From: Sphyrna mokarran
Lineage: Eukaryota
Assembly: GCA_024679065.1 (NCBI GenBank)
Contig: JAGIQG010000006.1
Location: 111,600,001-111,664,000, forward strand
Length of the DNA: 64,000 bases
Direction of reading: 5' to 3'
How positions within the stretch are numbered: position 1 is the stretch's first letter; every line of letters begins with the position of its first letter. Below the pieces are notes generated by a model. That model was not told where the DNA came from. It ran no database searches and saw only the letters and a list, made by a program, of their open reading frames with translations. This document shows, piece by piece, positions 49,502 to 61,250 of this stretch. The position numbers were made by a program, and so were the translations under genes.

Positions 49502-49853
49502 GGGATGAGATTATCCGGCCTCCCAGCCATGTGTTTGCCTTTGGCAGGAGGTGGTGCATTGTTTGCTCGTGGTGGGATTCGCTGGTGCTGCCATTGTCAA
49601 TGGCAGGTGGAAAACCCACAAGCGGGGTTGTGCTTGTGGGTTTCGGCCATGCTTTCTGACATCATAATCGCCAAAGGACATAGTTCTAATTTTATGCCAG
49701 CATCCTCTGACCAGTGGGATCTTTTGGTCCCACCGCTGGTAGCACACTCCCTGCTACGGCAGTGGGGGCACAGTCAATGGAAATCCCCAGCAAATGGTGC
49801 ACCTCCTCCCTCTGCCAAGGAAAACACTGAGGGGAGATGAGGGAATCTCGCCT
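49502..49853. mobile_element. TIR element(s), MITE
   Basis: gggatgagattatcc...gggaatctcgcc termini; internal repeats of the ~130-bp MITE module. Confidence 0.6.
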
Positions 49854-50589
49854 GTCCAAATACAGCTCCCCTCCTGTCCTAATTACAACTAGGTTCTACT
49901 AATTCCCATTTTCCCAAGGAAATAGTTTGCCTTTACATGGTAGGTGAAGAGAAAGAACAATTAAAATGTTAAGGACACTGTAAGATATAAAGAACAGCAA
50001 AGGATAAAAATAGTAACAACTGCACGAAGGGAATTCAAGAAACAAGCCAGTGAGGAGTATTCAAGGCCAAATCAAAGATAAAGTATGTGAACTTGCAATA
50101 GATACAAATGAAGTAGATGGAATAGAGACAGATCAGCTATAATATAACTAAATTGGCTCAAGGGACTGTTCTTATGATCCTATGTCCTTCATTCCTTGCA
50201 TTGTCTTAATTATCTCAACTAGATCACCCTTTAATTTTCTATACACTAGAGAATGCAAATTTAGTCCATAAAAGCTGGTCAATATCTATCGGCTCACTCC
50301 CTGTCTGGCATTGCACCAAATCACATAGACCAAGGTGGCACCAGGTTCAACTTTTGGTCTGCTAGATCAGAAATAGCTGTGACAATATAATTGCCCCAGT
50401 TGCCACTGGGTCTGGAGGAGAGAGGCCAATTCAACTCCAATTCCTTCTTTTGTCCATTATTGAGGTCATTTGCTGAAAACAACACCAAGACAGAAGTCAA
50501 TGGATTATTAACCCTTCAATTTCCTAAAACAGAAGAATTTGACCATTCTTCTCAGGGTACCAAGAACTTTGGTCTTTCAATGAAGCTAT

Positions 50590-51605
50590 TGATTGTCAGA
50601 CTTAAGGGACAAAGGATATTGCGGATGAAACAAAACTTAGACATATTTTGAACTATGAGTAGGATTATAAAAGACAAACACTTGGAACGAGTGGACATAT
50701 AATCGATCAAATTTAATGCAAAGAGATGAGATGTAATATATTTTAACAGAAAGGATAAGGGGAAACAATGCAAAATAAAAAATACAACTGCAAAAGAGGA
50801 GCAGCAGCATAGGGAGCTGTGGGTATATCTACACAAGTTGTACACGGCAGATTGCAAAATTGATTGTAAAGGCTTACGGGACCCTAAGCTTCATAAAGGC
50901 ATTGGCCAGAATCTTACCGCTGTTCACACTAGTGAGATTTTCCCATCCCACCACAGTGAACAGAGAATTGGCTGGTTGCCAAATCCTCCAACCTCACTGT
51001 AGTGGGAGCAGGTAAGATCACGTCCATAGAATACAAAACCAGGCAAGTTACTGAGGACTTTTAGAAAATTGTGGTTCTGTCTCTACTGGAGCACTGTGTC
51101 CAGTTCTGGCACTGCACTTTATGAAGGACGTAAATGTACTTGAAAGGGTGCAGGAAATAATTCTGAGAATAGTTCCAGGAATGCAGTGTGATGGAATGAG
51201 GACAGATAGATAAATTGCTGAAGGTGGGGATATTTTCTTTGGAGCAGAAAGGGTTGAGATGAGACTTCATAGAGGTGTTCAAAAGCATGAGAGAGCAGAG
51301 AAGAATTAATTGTTTCCAGTGGCAGAAGGGTGGAGATCCAGAGGACACCAATGTAAGCTGAATGGTAACAGAAGCAACTTCAACATGAGGATAAGCTTTT
51401 TGATGCAGTTTGTGGTCAGGATCTGGGATGTGGGATAGGATTTTCTGGTCAGCAGCAAGATTCCGTCTGACGTTAATAGACCTTTTGCTGATCCGCCAAA
51501 TTTTCAATCCAGTTCGCAACAATGCTCCCAGCAGGTGGAGCTGGATAGAGGCAGATTCAATTGTGGTTTCAAAATGGAATTAGATAATTATTTGAAAACT
51601 AAAAC
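50590..51605 (+). pseudogene. Old CR1 ORF2 3' fragment with two MITE insertions (50903-51026, ~51434-51535)
   Basis: LEHCVQFW (ctggagcactgtgtccagttctgg), FSLEQ..LR.DFIEVFKSM. Confidence 0.75.
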
Positions 51606-51699
51606 AAAAGTATTGAGACCATTTGCTGAAAACAACACTAAGACAGAAGCCAATGGATTCCTGTAACCAATTCTGATAAACCCAAATCTACTGGAGAGG

Positions 51700-52974
51700 T
51701 TGCCTGTAAACCCCTGTATCAGGCCCAACTCCCAGATTGTCCATATGTTTCTTGACACATGGGGACCCATCCTTTCTTTCCACCATCTTTCCAGCCACCC
51801 TTGTTGGCCCTGCAGCCTGATCAGGACTGAATCAATTTGAAAAATTCAGTCTTTTTTCTTGAGCTATGATTTTCTGGAAAGCTTGCTTCACCTCCATTCT
51901 CCCTGTCAAGTCTGGAAATATCATACCCTACCAGGTCCAGAGGTGCATCCCATTAGTAGTTAGCTGGCATGACTCCCCTTGTTGCACTTGGCATGGTGTA
52001 GTATAGCAAAAAGAGACTGTCTATACGTAGAGGCAGAGGCATATTAACTTGCTTTCTCATTGATAATTTGAATGTTTGTTCAACGTGCTTCACTAAATCA
52101 TTGGAGGCTGTCTGATCAGGTGCTGATCTGACATGGCAAATACTATTTGATTTGACAAATATTTGAACTTCTTGCGCTGTAAATGATGTGGCAATGTATG
52201 ACACTAAGATCTCTAGGATGCTGTTTGATATTTGTGTTCCTGGGCGATATGGGAGCGTATTATTGTACACTGCTAACAGTAGAGCCTGTTTCTGTATCCT
52301 TGCAGAGGCAATTGCCAACACTGGTTTAGCCTTTCTGAATAAACCTAACAACAGTTTGTGATCTGATACTATTATGAAATACCATCCATAATTATATTGA
52401 TGAAACTTTTTCACTGCATAAATTACCACCAAGCTTACTTTAGCTATCTGGGAATACTTTTTTTATTCCACATTTGAGAATGTTCTCAATGCAAATGCTA
52501 TTGGCCTTTCTCATCCATCAAGTATCCTGAGGAACAAAATTGCTCCCACTCCATAAAATGATGCATCGCAGGTTACTACGAATGGCTTGGTTGGATCAAA
52601 GTATACAAGTAATGCTGATAACTGCAAAACTTGCTTTATTTCTGTGAATGCTTCCTTTGGGGTTCTTCTCCCCACCTCCAATGATAATGTTTCTTTAACA
52701 GCTAGTAAAATGGGGCTGAAGTGGTGATCACAGATTGCAAAAAAACTACCATAATAATTCAGCATTCCTCTTAACTCTGATATGTTGGTTGGCTGTGGCA
52801 GCATCTTATTGGCTTTAAATTTATCTTCCAGAAGATGTAAACCTTCTGCGTCTACCTTGAAACCCAAATGTGTAACTTCTTCTGAGTGAAAACTACATTT
52901 CTCTCATTTCAACCTACTTCTTTAGATCTTCTCAAAACTTCCTCTAAGTTTGATGTATGTTCTTCAGTTGAGGC
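51700..52974 (-). mobile_element. Decayed Gypsy pol fragment (RT end, RNase H, partial integrase)
   Basis: GFKVDAEGLH; LLVYFDPTKPFVVTCDASFYGVGAIL; VKKFHQY...SDHKLLLGLF; FVKSNSICHVRSAP..ASNDLV. Confidence 0.9.
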
Positions 52975-53195
52975 TGTTGTAATGGGGACAATTACCAATG
53001 ATAAATAATTATTTACAAATCAGAGTTCAACAGAACACAATTCTCCACACCTCACTGGCTCCAACTGAGAACTCTCATCAACCTCAGACCCTTGCATCTA
53101 ATTTTCTCGGATTCCCATCTTGATAGTACATAGCACCCGGCCTAATCACACGATCCTCAGGGATCATTCCCTTAAAGGACCCATGCTACAACAAA
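52975..53195 (-). mobile_element. LTR (~220 bp) related to the solo LTR at 34936
   Basis: TGTTGT...ACAACA; reverse complement tgttgtagcatgggtcctttaagggaatg matches tgttgtggcatagctcttttaagggaatg at 34944. Confidence 0.7.
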
Positions 53196-53324
53196 CAAGT
53201 AGTAATTTTAAGAATAAGCAACAAATGGTTCGACGTGAGAAGGGAAGGAGGTATTTAGCATTGAGGCAATTTATGTATGGAATATGTAAAATAGGGCAAG
53301 TTAAGATGAAGGAGAAAGGTCAAA

Positions 53325-53960
53325 ATCTAAAGTTGCCGAATTCAATGTCGGGCCCAAGCGTTAAAGCATGCCGAATTGGAAGCTGTGGTGCTGCTCCTCC
53401 AACTTTCTATGGACTTCATTGGATCATTGCTGCAGGCAAAGGACAGACATATTGGTATGAGAACAAAGTGCTGAGTTAAAATGGCAAGCAACAAGAAGGT
53501 GGGGGTCATGCTTACAGACTGAGCAAAGATGTCTTGCAAAGTGGTCACCCCATATGCGTTTGGTCTCCCCTATGTAGAGGAGATTACATTTGGAGCAGTG
53601 ACCATTACAAATCAAATTGAAGGAGTTACAAGTGAAATGCTACTTTAATTGAAAAGCTTGTTTGGGTCCTTGGATAGTAAGGAGGGAGGAGGTAAACAGG
53701 AAGGCGTTGCACTTTCTGCAATTGCAAGGGAAGGTGGTGAGGGAAGAGCATGAGGCATTGGGAGTGATGGATAAGTGAGCCGGGAAGCATGAAGGGAGTG
53801 GTCCCAGAAGAATGACGGTGGGGCAGGTGAGGAGAAGATGTGTTTCAAGGTAGCTTTATGCTGGAATTGTTTGGAATGGTGGAAGATGATTCTTTCAATG
53901 CTTTCAACCCGTAGGGTGAAAAGTGAGGGCGGGGGGCGGGGGGGGGGGCCTATCATGGTT
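53325..53960 (-). pseudogene. Penelope-like element linker and GIY-YIG endonuclease remnant
   Basis: CSKCNLLYIGETKR...HFARHL...VACHFNS (ORF 53424-53615); upstream IERIIFHH...KHIFSSP...DHSL linker. Confidence 0.9.
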
Positions 53961-54376
53961 CTAGGAGGAAAGGGAATGGGTGAGGGAGATGTGTTGAACC
54001 CAGTTGAGTGTCCTGTTAACCAGACATATATAAAAGCATAAAGACAGTCATTTCAAAAAAAAAGGATCAAGGAAGCAGATTGAAAAGATGGAAAGCCAGA
54101 ATAGAGACAGACTAAAAGGCAATCCACAAGACTAAGAACTCCAAGAGAGATGTCAATGGAAAACTAACCAGTTAGTCTCCTGAAGCAGGAGCATTTGACC
54201 TTTCCAGGTTTTGAGTTGTACTTCTAAGTAAGTTTGTGAACATCTTTAGTAACAGTTACATTTTGATATTAATTAATGCTATTGTTGAAAATGTTTAAAA
54301 CATCAGTTGATCCTTCTGATTACATTCAGGAATAAGGAGGGAGTTAAAAGTAAACCCCCAGATCCAATTGACCACT

Positions 54377-54758
54377 GAATCCCTACAGTGCAGAACGAGA
54401 GCATTCAGCCCATTGAGTCTGCAGTGACTCTCCCAAAGCAAATCTTACCTACGCCCATCTCTCAACCTTATACTCATAACCCTGCACATTTATCATGGTT
54501 AATCCATTTAACCAGCAACATCTTTGGACACTCAGGGGCAACTTAGAATGGCCAATCCACTTAACCTGCACATCCTCGAATGGCTAATCTACCTAACCTG
54601 CACATCTTTGGATTGTGGGAGGAAACCAGACAACTTCGAGAAAACCCATGCAGATATGGGGAGAATGTGCAAACTCCACACAGACAGTGACCCAAGGTGG
54701 GAATTGAACCTGGATCTTTGATATTATGAGGCGGTTGTGCTGATCACTGTGTCACCAT
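54377..54758 (-). mobile_element. HE1-type V-SINE with an internal ~32-bp tandem duplication (54547-54607)
   Basis: gtgcaaactccacacagacagtgacc V-domain; gaatccctacagtgcagaa tail. Confidence 0.85.
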
Positions 54759-57182
54759 ACTAAGTATAAAAGATCATGATTGAATAGTACACTAACTTTT
54801 CTGTGTGGGTTCACCAAAAAGCCAATGCAATTTCATCAGGATATTAGAGAGTTACTCGTATGTAATATTTTATCAGCAGGCATGAGTAAACATTTCCAGG
54901 AGACTCAAGAATAGGACAGCAAAATTACCTGTCTTTGCAGAAAACACAAGCTATTTTTCAATCTTGTTATCCAGTTGCAGATTGAGGCTTTTGTAGGCTG
55001 GACAGTGTACCACAATGGTCAGAAGTGGGTTCAAATCCACAATTTTCCAAATCTCAACTGTGCCATCTGGGCAAGTATTGAGTGAAGTTTGGAAGTGATT
55101 AGAGTAGTAGTTATGACTAGAGGTAATAATCATAATTAAATTGTTCTGATATTCTGTAAGTACTGAATTTGCTACAGTTGGTTGCACTAATGCACAGATT
55201 AAACATAATGTTTTACTTTGGTATTTGTAGTATGAACTGAAAAGGAGCTATTTTGGATGATGCCTGGCTACATTGAGAGGATGGATATTTTGCTTATTCT
55301 GTTTTGTGTACTTTGCAATGCTCCATTTTAACAATTACTTCAATCCGTTAATGAATGATTAGTAGGACATCAAGACATATGTTTCCCACTCTGGAATTCC
55401 TAGTCTTGTAGATTGCGAGCTTTCCATAAGTTTGCTATCAAATTTTTGCATGGACTTCATATCTCGCAGACTTCAGAGTATTGCTAAGACAATAAGGTAC
55501 TCTAATTCACCTGCTACAACCTGGATCAACATTCAGAGGGTGTCTATTTGGAACTAAGTGATGCTTAGTTAGCACGTGCATTGCCTGTGTTAATGGGGCA
55601 GTAAAGACTACTCATAAGCTCATTAGCACCCTATTAACACCAGGCAGTAGGAGTGAAAATCGATCCTGTATCGTCAGCGGTCAGTGAGGGAAGTAATCTC
55701 TAGTCAGGGACTATGTGAATGTGGATTTTTTTAAATCAATAAAGTACCAAACATTTTTGCAGATAGAAAATGGAATGCAGTGAAAGTATGGCTGAGAAAA
55801 ACTTACAAGGGAGGATATTAAGTATTTTATACATATTAAAAAGGCTTTTTTTTTCTTTTCGATGTGGACTTAGTTATTGCATTCAGAAACAGTTAGAGCT
55901 CAACATAGAGAATATCCGTATTAACCAAGTTAACCTTACTTTTGTGTGACAGCAAGTTGAAAACTTGATTTGTTTTTAATATTCGTTCACGAGATATGTG
56001 GGCATCACTGTTAGACCAACATTTATTGCCTGCCCGTCCTTAATTATCATGTTTGAATAATTTTACAAATGATTTAAATATATCATATTTTACAGTATAA
56101 AGTCTCTCTACCTCTTGATCTTTCCCATATGAATGTAAATTTTCTCTTTCTTAAATGAAATTTCAACTCCAGTGAAATATAAGAAGTTTGTCTTTTGAGA
56201 CAGTACTGAAAGGTTAGTCCATTCAATTGATATAGGATGTTACAATATTTTCATTGTCTGCAAAAACAATGGCTTAGCCAGTGGATTTCTTAATTGTAGC
56301 TTCTTGAATAGAATATAACCAATCTGCTTTTCAAAATCCCTAAGGTAATGCTCATCTTTAGGCAGCAATTGTTCCATTCCTGTGGCACTATTAAGACTTC
56401 CAGTAATTCTGTACCAACTGATCTGGTTACGCTTAATTTGTAATTGTACATGCTAGAGATCACCATTCAGTGATGGATTCCCACCAATGTAATTTAACAC
56501 TACTTATGTTCCATGACAGCATTTCATATCCCAGTCTTTCATTCCTCTGAGTCATCGGCTGTAATTAACAGCACTGTCCTCTTTTTAATTGCATCACTAA
56601 TCCACCGAACAGAACACATTCAAAAAGAAGAACTGATTTGAATAGTCACTGAGATCTGTGCAATCAAAAGTTATTGTTATGTGCTGAAGGTGTAATTTCA
56701 TTCTGCCGCAGTTGTGCCAACTTTGTTACTTTTTTCATTTGAGCACTTTATAGATTATCTTGTTGATGCTTGTTTTATTTCATTGTCAAACAAGATGTTC
56801 AGCATTTTGATCTGCTCCCACAGCTTTGCAGTTATGCTGTAGAGTTGTCAGTCAAATTACTATGGGCTGTAGTTAGAAGACTTGTCAACTATTCCAGTTC
56901 CAACATAAATCAGCTCGTGGTTAGCCTGCTAGGAAAGTAATCAACACTAGTGAACAGTACCAATTTGGGAGAAGGGACAAATCTCACATTGTTTGCCTGA
57001 ACTGGGGTATTTTCTTTGCAATATGAAGCAACATTAGTCACAGTTCTGCATATGGCCTTCACTTCTCCCCAAAGCTCAAAAAGGACCCATAAAGGTAAGA
57101 CATTGCAGGGGATGAAAATTGAGATTCAAACTATAATTCTAGACATTATTATGTTATTAGCTCACTCTGGGTTCTGTGATGA

Positions 57183-57503
57183 CCTAGCAGTATTACCGCT
57201 AGACCATTAATCCAGAAACCCAGCAAATGTTCTGGGGATCCGGGTTCTAATCCTACCATGTAGCTGGTAGAATATGAATTCAATACAAAAAAATCCAGAA
57301 TTAAGAATCTGATGGCATGAAGCCATTGTCAATTCTTGGAAAAAAAACATCTGGTTCACTAATTTCCTTCTACATGTGACTCCAAAGCCACAGTAATGGC
57401 GTCTGCAATGGCCTACTAAGACGCTCAATTCAAGGGCAACTAGGGAAGGATAATAAATGCTGGCCAGCCAGTGACACACTTATCCCACAAATGAATAAAA
57501 AAA
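57183..57503 (+). mobile_element. tRNA-headed SINE family B
   Basis: taatccagaaacccagcaaatgttctggggatccgggttctaatcc...aatgaataaaaaaa. Confidence 0.85.
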
Positions 57504-57872
57504 GGCATGGATAATTTGCTATCTGCCATTTGGGCCCAGGGGATACAAAACTGAAGTAAAAATGAGTGATGCATCCAGGTTGCACTTATACAATGCTGAT
57601 ACATGTGCTTAGCCAATATAAATCAATGACATAGAAATAAATCTATTGAGAGGAAAGTGATATGAAAAATTTACATGATAAAATTAATTCTAGAAAAGAG
57701 TCCAACCTGGATTAATTAGAAAATAAACAAAGTCATTCAAAGAGTCTTCTGGATTGCATCTTTGTGAATCATGTCATCTTTATAGAACATAGAACATAGA
57801 ACACTACAGCACAAACAGGCCCTTCGGCCCACAAGTTGTGCCGAACACATCAAAACCTACCCAGCCATAGAC

Positions 57873-59513
57873 CTATCTATAACCCCCAATCCCATTGGAT
57901 CCCATATACTCATCCAGAAGTCTTTTAAAAGACCCCAGCGAGTTTGCCTCGACCACCACCGACGGCAGCCGATTCCATTCACTCACCACCCTCTGAGTGA
58001 AAAACTTTCCCCTAGCATCCCCTCTGTACTTGCTTCCCTGCACCTTAAATCTGTGCCCTCTTGTCGCGACCATTTCAGCCCTGGGAAATAGTCTCTGAGA
58101 GTCCACCCTATCTATTCCTCTCAACATCTTGTAAACCTCTATCAGGTCGCCTCTCAACCTTCGTCTCTCCAGGGAGAACAGTCCCAGCTCCCTCAACCTG
58201 TCTTCATAAGGCATGCCTCCCAATCCAGGCAACATCCTTGTAAATCTCCTCTGCACCCTTTCAATAGCTTCCACGTCCTTCCTATAGTGAGGCGACCAGA
58301 ACTGCGCACAGTACTCCAAGTGTGGTCTGACAAGGGTCCTATAAAGCTGCAGCATTACCTCCTGACTCCTGAACTCAATCCCTCGATGAATGAAGGCTAG
58401 TACACCGTAAGCTTTCTTAACCACATCCTCCACCTGGGAGGCCGATTTGAGAGTCTTATGGACCCGGACCCCAAGATCCCTCTGCTCTTCCACACAGCTA
58501 AGACTCCTACCTTTGATAGTGTACTCATTCATCCCGTTGGATCTGCCAAAATGGACCACAACACATTTATCCGCGTTGAAGTCCATCTGCCACTTCTCCG
58601 CCCAGTCTTGCATCCTGTCGATGTCATGCTGCAACTTCTGACATCCCTCCAGACCATCCACAACACCACCGACCTTCGTGTCATCGGCGAACTTACTCAC
58701 CCATCCCTCCACTTCCTCATCCAGGTCATTTATGAAAATGACAAACAGCAAGGGTCCTAGAACAGATCCCTGGGGCACTCCACTGGTGACCGACCTCCAT
58801 GCAGAAAAAGAGCCATCCACAACCACCCTCTGCCTTCTGCAGGCAAGCCAGTTCTGGATCCACAAGGCCAAAGCCCCTTGGATCCCATGGCCTCTCACCT
58901 TCTCAAGAAGTCTTGCATGTGGGACCTTGTCAAATGCCTTGCTGAAGTCCATGTACACCACGTCCACTGCTCTTCCTTCGTCAATGTGTTCAGTCACATT
59001 TTCGAAGAACTCAATTAAGCTTGTAAGGCACGACCTGCCTTTTACAAAACCATGCTGACTATTTCTAATCAACCTAAACTTCTCCAAATGCTCGTAAATC
59101 TTGTCCCTCAGAAGCCTCTCCATCAGCTTACCAACCACTGAGGTCAGACTCACCGGTCGGTAATTTCCAGGACTATCCCTGTTCCCTTTCTTGAAAATAG
59201 GGACCACATCCGCAATCCTCCAATCCTCCAGAACCCCTCCTGTCTCCATCGACGACGCAAAGATCATCGCCAGGGGCTCTGCAATGACATCCCTCACCTC
59301 CCACAATAACCTGGGGTACATCCCATCTGGTCCCGGAGACTTGTCTATCTTGATAGCATTTAGAAGTTCTAACACATCCGCTTCCTTAATATCTACATAC
59401 TCAATCTTTTCAGTCTGCCGCAAACTTGTAGTGCATCCTCCCAGATCACTTTCCACCGTGAATACTGAGGCAAAGTACTCATTAAGCACCTCTGCCATTT
59501 CTTCCGGTTCCAT
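57873..59513 (-). CDS. CR1 ORF2 reverse transcriptase half (546 aa)
   Basis: YRPVSLTS, QHGF, DFSKAFD, GVPQGSVLGP, FADD, LERRRLRGDL; no internal stops. Confidence 0.95.
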   Translation of the reverse strand: MEPEEMAEVLNEYFASVFTVESDLGGCTTSLRQTEKIEYVDIKEADVLELLNAIKIDKSPGPDGMYPRLLWEVRDVIAEPLAMIFASSMETGGVLEDWRIADVVPIFKKGNRDSPGNYRPVSLTSVVGKLMERLLRDKIYEHLEKFRLIRNSQHGFVKGRSCLTSLIEFFENVTEHIDEGRAVDVVYMDFSKAFDKVPHARLLEKVRGHGIQGALALWIQNWLACRRQRVVVDGSFSAWRSVTSGVPQGSVLGPLLFVIFINDLDEEVEGWVSKFADDTKVGGVVDGLEGCQKLQHDIDRMQDWAEKWQMDFNADKCVVVHFGRSNGMNEYTIKGRSLSCVEEQRDLGVRVHKTLKSASQVEDVVKKAYGVLAFIHRGIEFRSQEVMLQLYRTLVRPHLEYCAQFWSPHYRKDVEAIERVQRRFTRMLPGLGGMPYEDRLRELGLFSLERRRLRGDLIEVYKMLRGIDRVDSQRLFPRAEMVATRGHRFKVQGSKYRGDARGKFFTQRVVSEWNRLPSVVVEANSLGSFKRLLDEYMGSNGIGGYR

Positions 59514-60760
59514 ACAGACTTTTCCCCTTCACCTTTTATAGGTCCTATCCCTTCTCTTCTCATCCTTTTACTTTTCACATATTTGTAGAAGGCCTTAGGA
59601 TTCTCCTTAATCCTACCAGCCAAGGCCTTCTCATGACCCCTTCTGGCTCTCCTAATTTCCTTTTTAAGCTCTCTTCTATAAGCCTTATACTTCTCTAGAT
59701 CCCCAACATCTCCTAGCTCTTTGAACCTTTTATACACCTTTCTTTTCTTCCTGACTATGTTCACCACTGCCTTCGTGCACCACGGTTCCCGCGTCCTACC
59801 AAAACCTCCTTGTCTCACCGGAACGTTGTCGTGCAGAGCTCCAGACAAGCATTCCTTGAATATCTGCCACCTTCCTTCTGTGCTTTTCCCCAAGAACACC
59901 TCCTTCCAGTTTATTCGCCCCAACATCTGCCTGATGTCTTCATATTTCCCCTTATTCCAGACAAACACCTTCCTAGCCTGCCTGATCCTATCCTTTTCCA
60001 ATGCAAGGGTGAAGGAGATAGAATTATGATCTCCATCCCCAAGATGCTCTCCTACTGAGAGATCCATCACCTGTCCTGGTTCATTAGCTAGTACCAGGTC
60101 CAGTACAGCCTCTCCTCTCGTAGGCTTGTCCACGTGCTGTGTCAGGAAACCCTCCTGAACACACCTAACAAACTCCTCCCCATCCAAACCCCTTACCCTT
60201 GGGATATTCCAGTCGATGTTTGGGAAATTGAAGTCTCCCATCACAACAACTCTGTTATTTCTACATCTCTCCAGTATCTGTTTCCCTATCTGCACCTCAA
60301 CTTCCCTGTCACTATTGGGCGGCCTATAGAATACACCCAGCAACGTCACCGACCCTTTGCTATTCCTAACTTCCACCCACAGAGACTCCGTAGACATTCC
60401 CTCCTCAGTATCCACCTTCTCTGCAGCCATGACACTGTCCCTGATCAACAGTGCCACTCCACCACCTCTTTTGCCTCCCTCCCTGTCCTTCCTGAAGGAT
60501 CTGAATCCCGGGACCTGTAGTACCCAGTCCTGTCCCTGAGACATCCAAGTCTCTGTAATGGCCACCACATCACAATTCCAAGCAGCAATCCACGCCCTAA
60601 GTTCATCCACCTTATTTACTACACTCCTGGCATTAAAATAGACACAGCTCAGTCCCTCAGACTGGACATTTCCCTTCTCCCCCACTCGTCTAACCTGCCT
60701 CTCATCCTTCCTAGAGTCCTTCCCTACCTGGGAGCTAACTTCCTTGCTCCCAGTCTCCAC
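59393..60760 (-). CDS. CR1 ORF2 APE endonuclease half, joined to the RT half by a 1-nt frameshift at ~59521-59527
   Basis: YFNARS, VAITETW, GGGVAL, FYRPP, MGDFN, LDLVL, DHN; homology ends at GPIKGEG. Confidence 0.93.
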   Translation of the reverse strand: METGSKEVSSQVGKDSRKDERQVRRVGEKGNVQSEGLSCVYFNARSVVNKVDELRAWIAAWNCDVVAITETWMSQGQDWVLQVPGFRSFRKDREGGKRGGGVALLIRDSVMAAEKVDTEEGMSTESLWVEVRNSKGSVTLLGVFYRPPNSDREVEVQIGKQILERCRNNRVVVMGDFNFPNIDWNIPRVRGLDGEEFVRCVQEGFLTQHVDKPTRGEAVLDLVLANEPGQVMDLSVGEHLGDGDHNSISFTLALEKDRIRQARKVFVWNKGKYEDIRQMLGRINWKEVFLGKSTEGRWQIFKECLSGALHDNVPVRQGGFGRTREPWCTKAVVNIVRKKRKVYKRFKELGDVGDLEKYKAYRRELKKEIRRARRGHEKALAGRIKENPKAFYKYVKSKRMRREGIGPIKGEGEKSVWNRKKWQRCLMSTLPQYSRWKVIWEDALQVCGRLKRLSM

Positions 60761-60941
60761 ATCACTATTCCCTCCCCCTAACCTTTCTAGTTTAAAGTCC
60801 CCTTCAAACTATGAGGGGTTCTATAAATAAACAGAAACAACCAAGAGTAAACCTTTGAATAAAACCATCATGAGAAAAAAGTAGCTTAATTTAGATTTTT
60901 ATAATGTGTTTAGATTGTAAGTGATATTAATGGTCTACTTT

Positions 60942-61250
60942 GGGGAGGCGATGGCCTAGTGATGCTATTGCCAGACTATCAATCCAGATACTCAGTTAAT
61001 GTTGTTGGTTCGAATCCCATCACATGAATTCAATAAAAAATATCTGGAATTAAGAATCTATTGATGACCATGAAACCATTGTCAATTGTCAGAAAAAACC
61101 ATCTGGTTCATTAATGTTCTTTAGGGAAAGAAATCTGCAGCCATTTCCTTGTCTAGGCTCCAGAGCTACAGTTGACTCTCAACTGCTCTTGGGCAACTTG
61201 GGGTAGGCATTATATACTGGCCTGCCAGTGACACCCATGTCCCATGAAAA
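60942..61250 (+). mobile_element. tRNA-headed SINE family B
   Basis: ggggaggcgatggcctagtg...ggttcgaatccc...gccagtgacacccatgtcccatgaa. Confidence 0.85.

Larger units (their letters stand above)
57782..60800 (-). mobile_element. Young CR1-clade (HER1-like) LINE, truncated at the ORF1 end, with complete ORF2 region and (TTCTATG)n tail
   Basis: Tail catagaa repeats at 57782-57800; 3'UTR gtgggccgaagggcctgtttgtgctgta; last ORF1 codons act tta aac tag (TLN*) near 60787-60798. Confidence 0.97.

Noticed and set aside
59515-59530. Programmed -1 ribosomal frameshift at GGGGAAAAG between endonuclease and RT
   Set aside because: The older CR1 copy reads through the homologous position in one frame, CR1 ORF2 is normally continuous, and the heptamer is not canonical in the zero frame.
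58061-60539. Plus-strand ORFs overlapping the LINE
   Set aside because: Antisense shadows of a stop-poor CR1 ORF2; no independent motifs.
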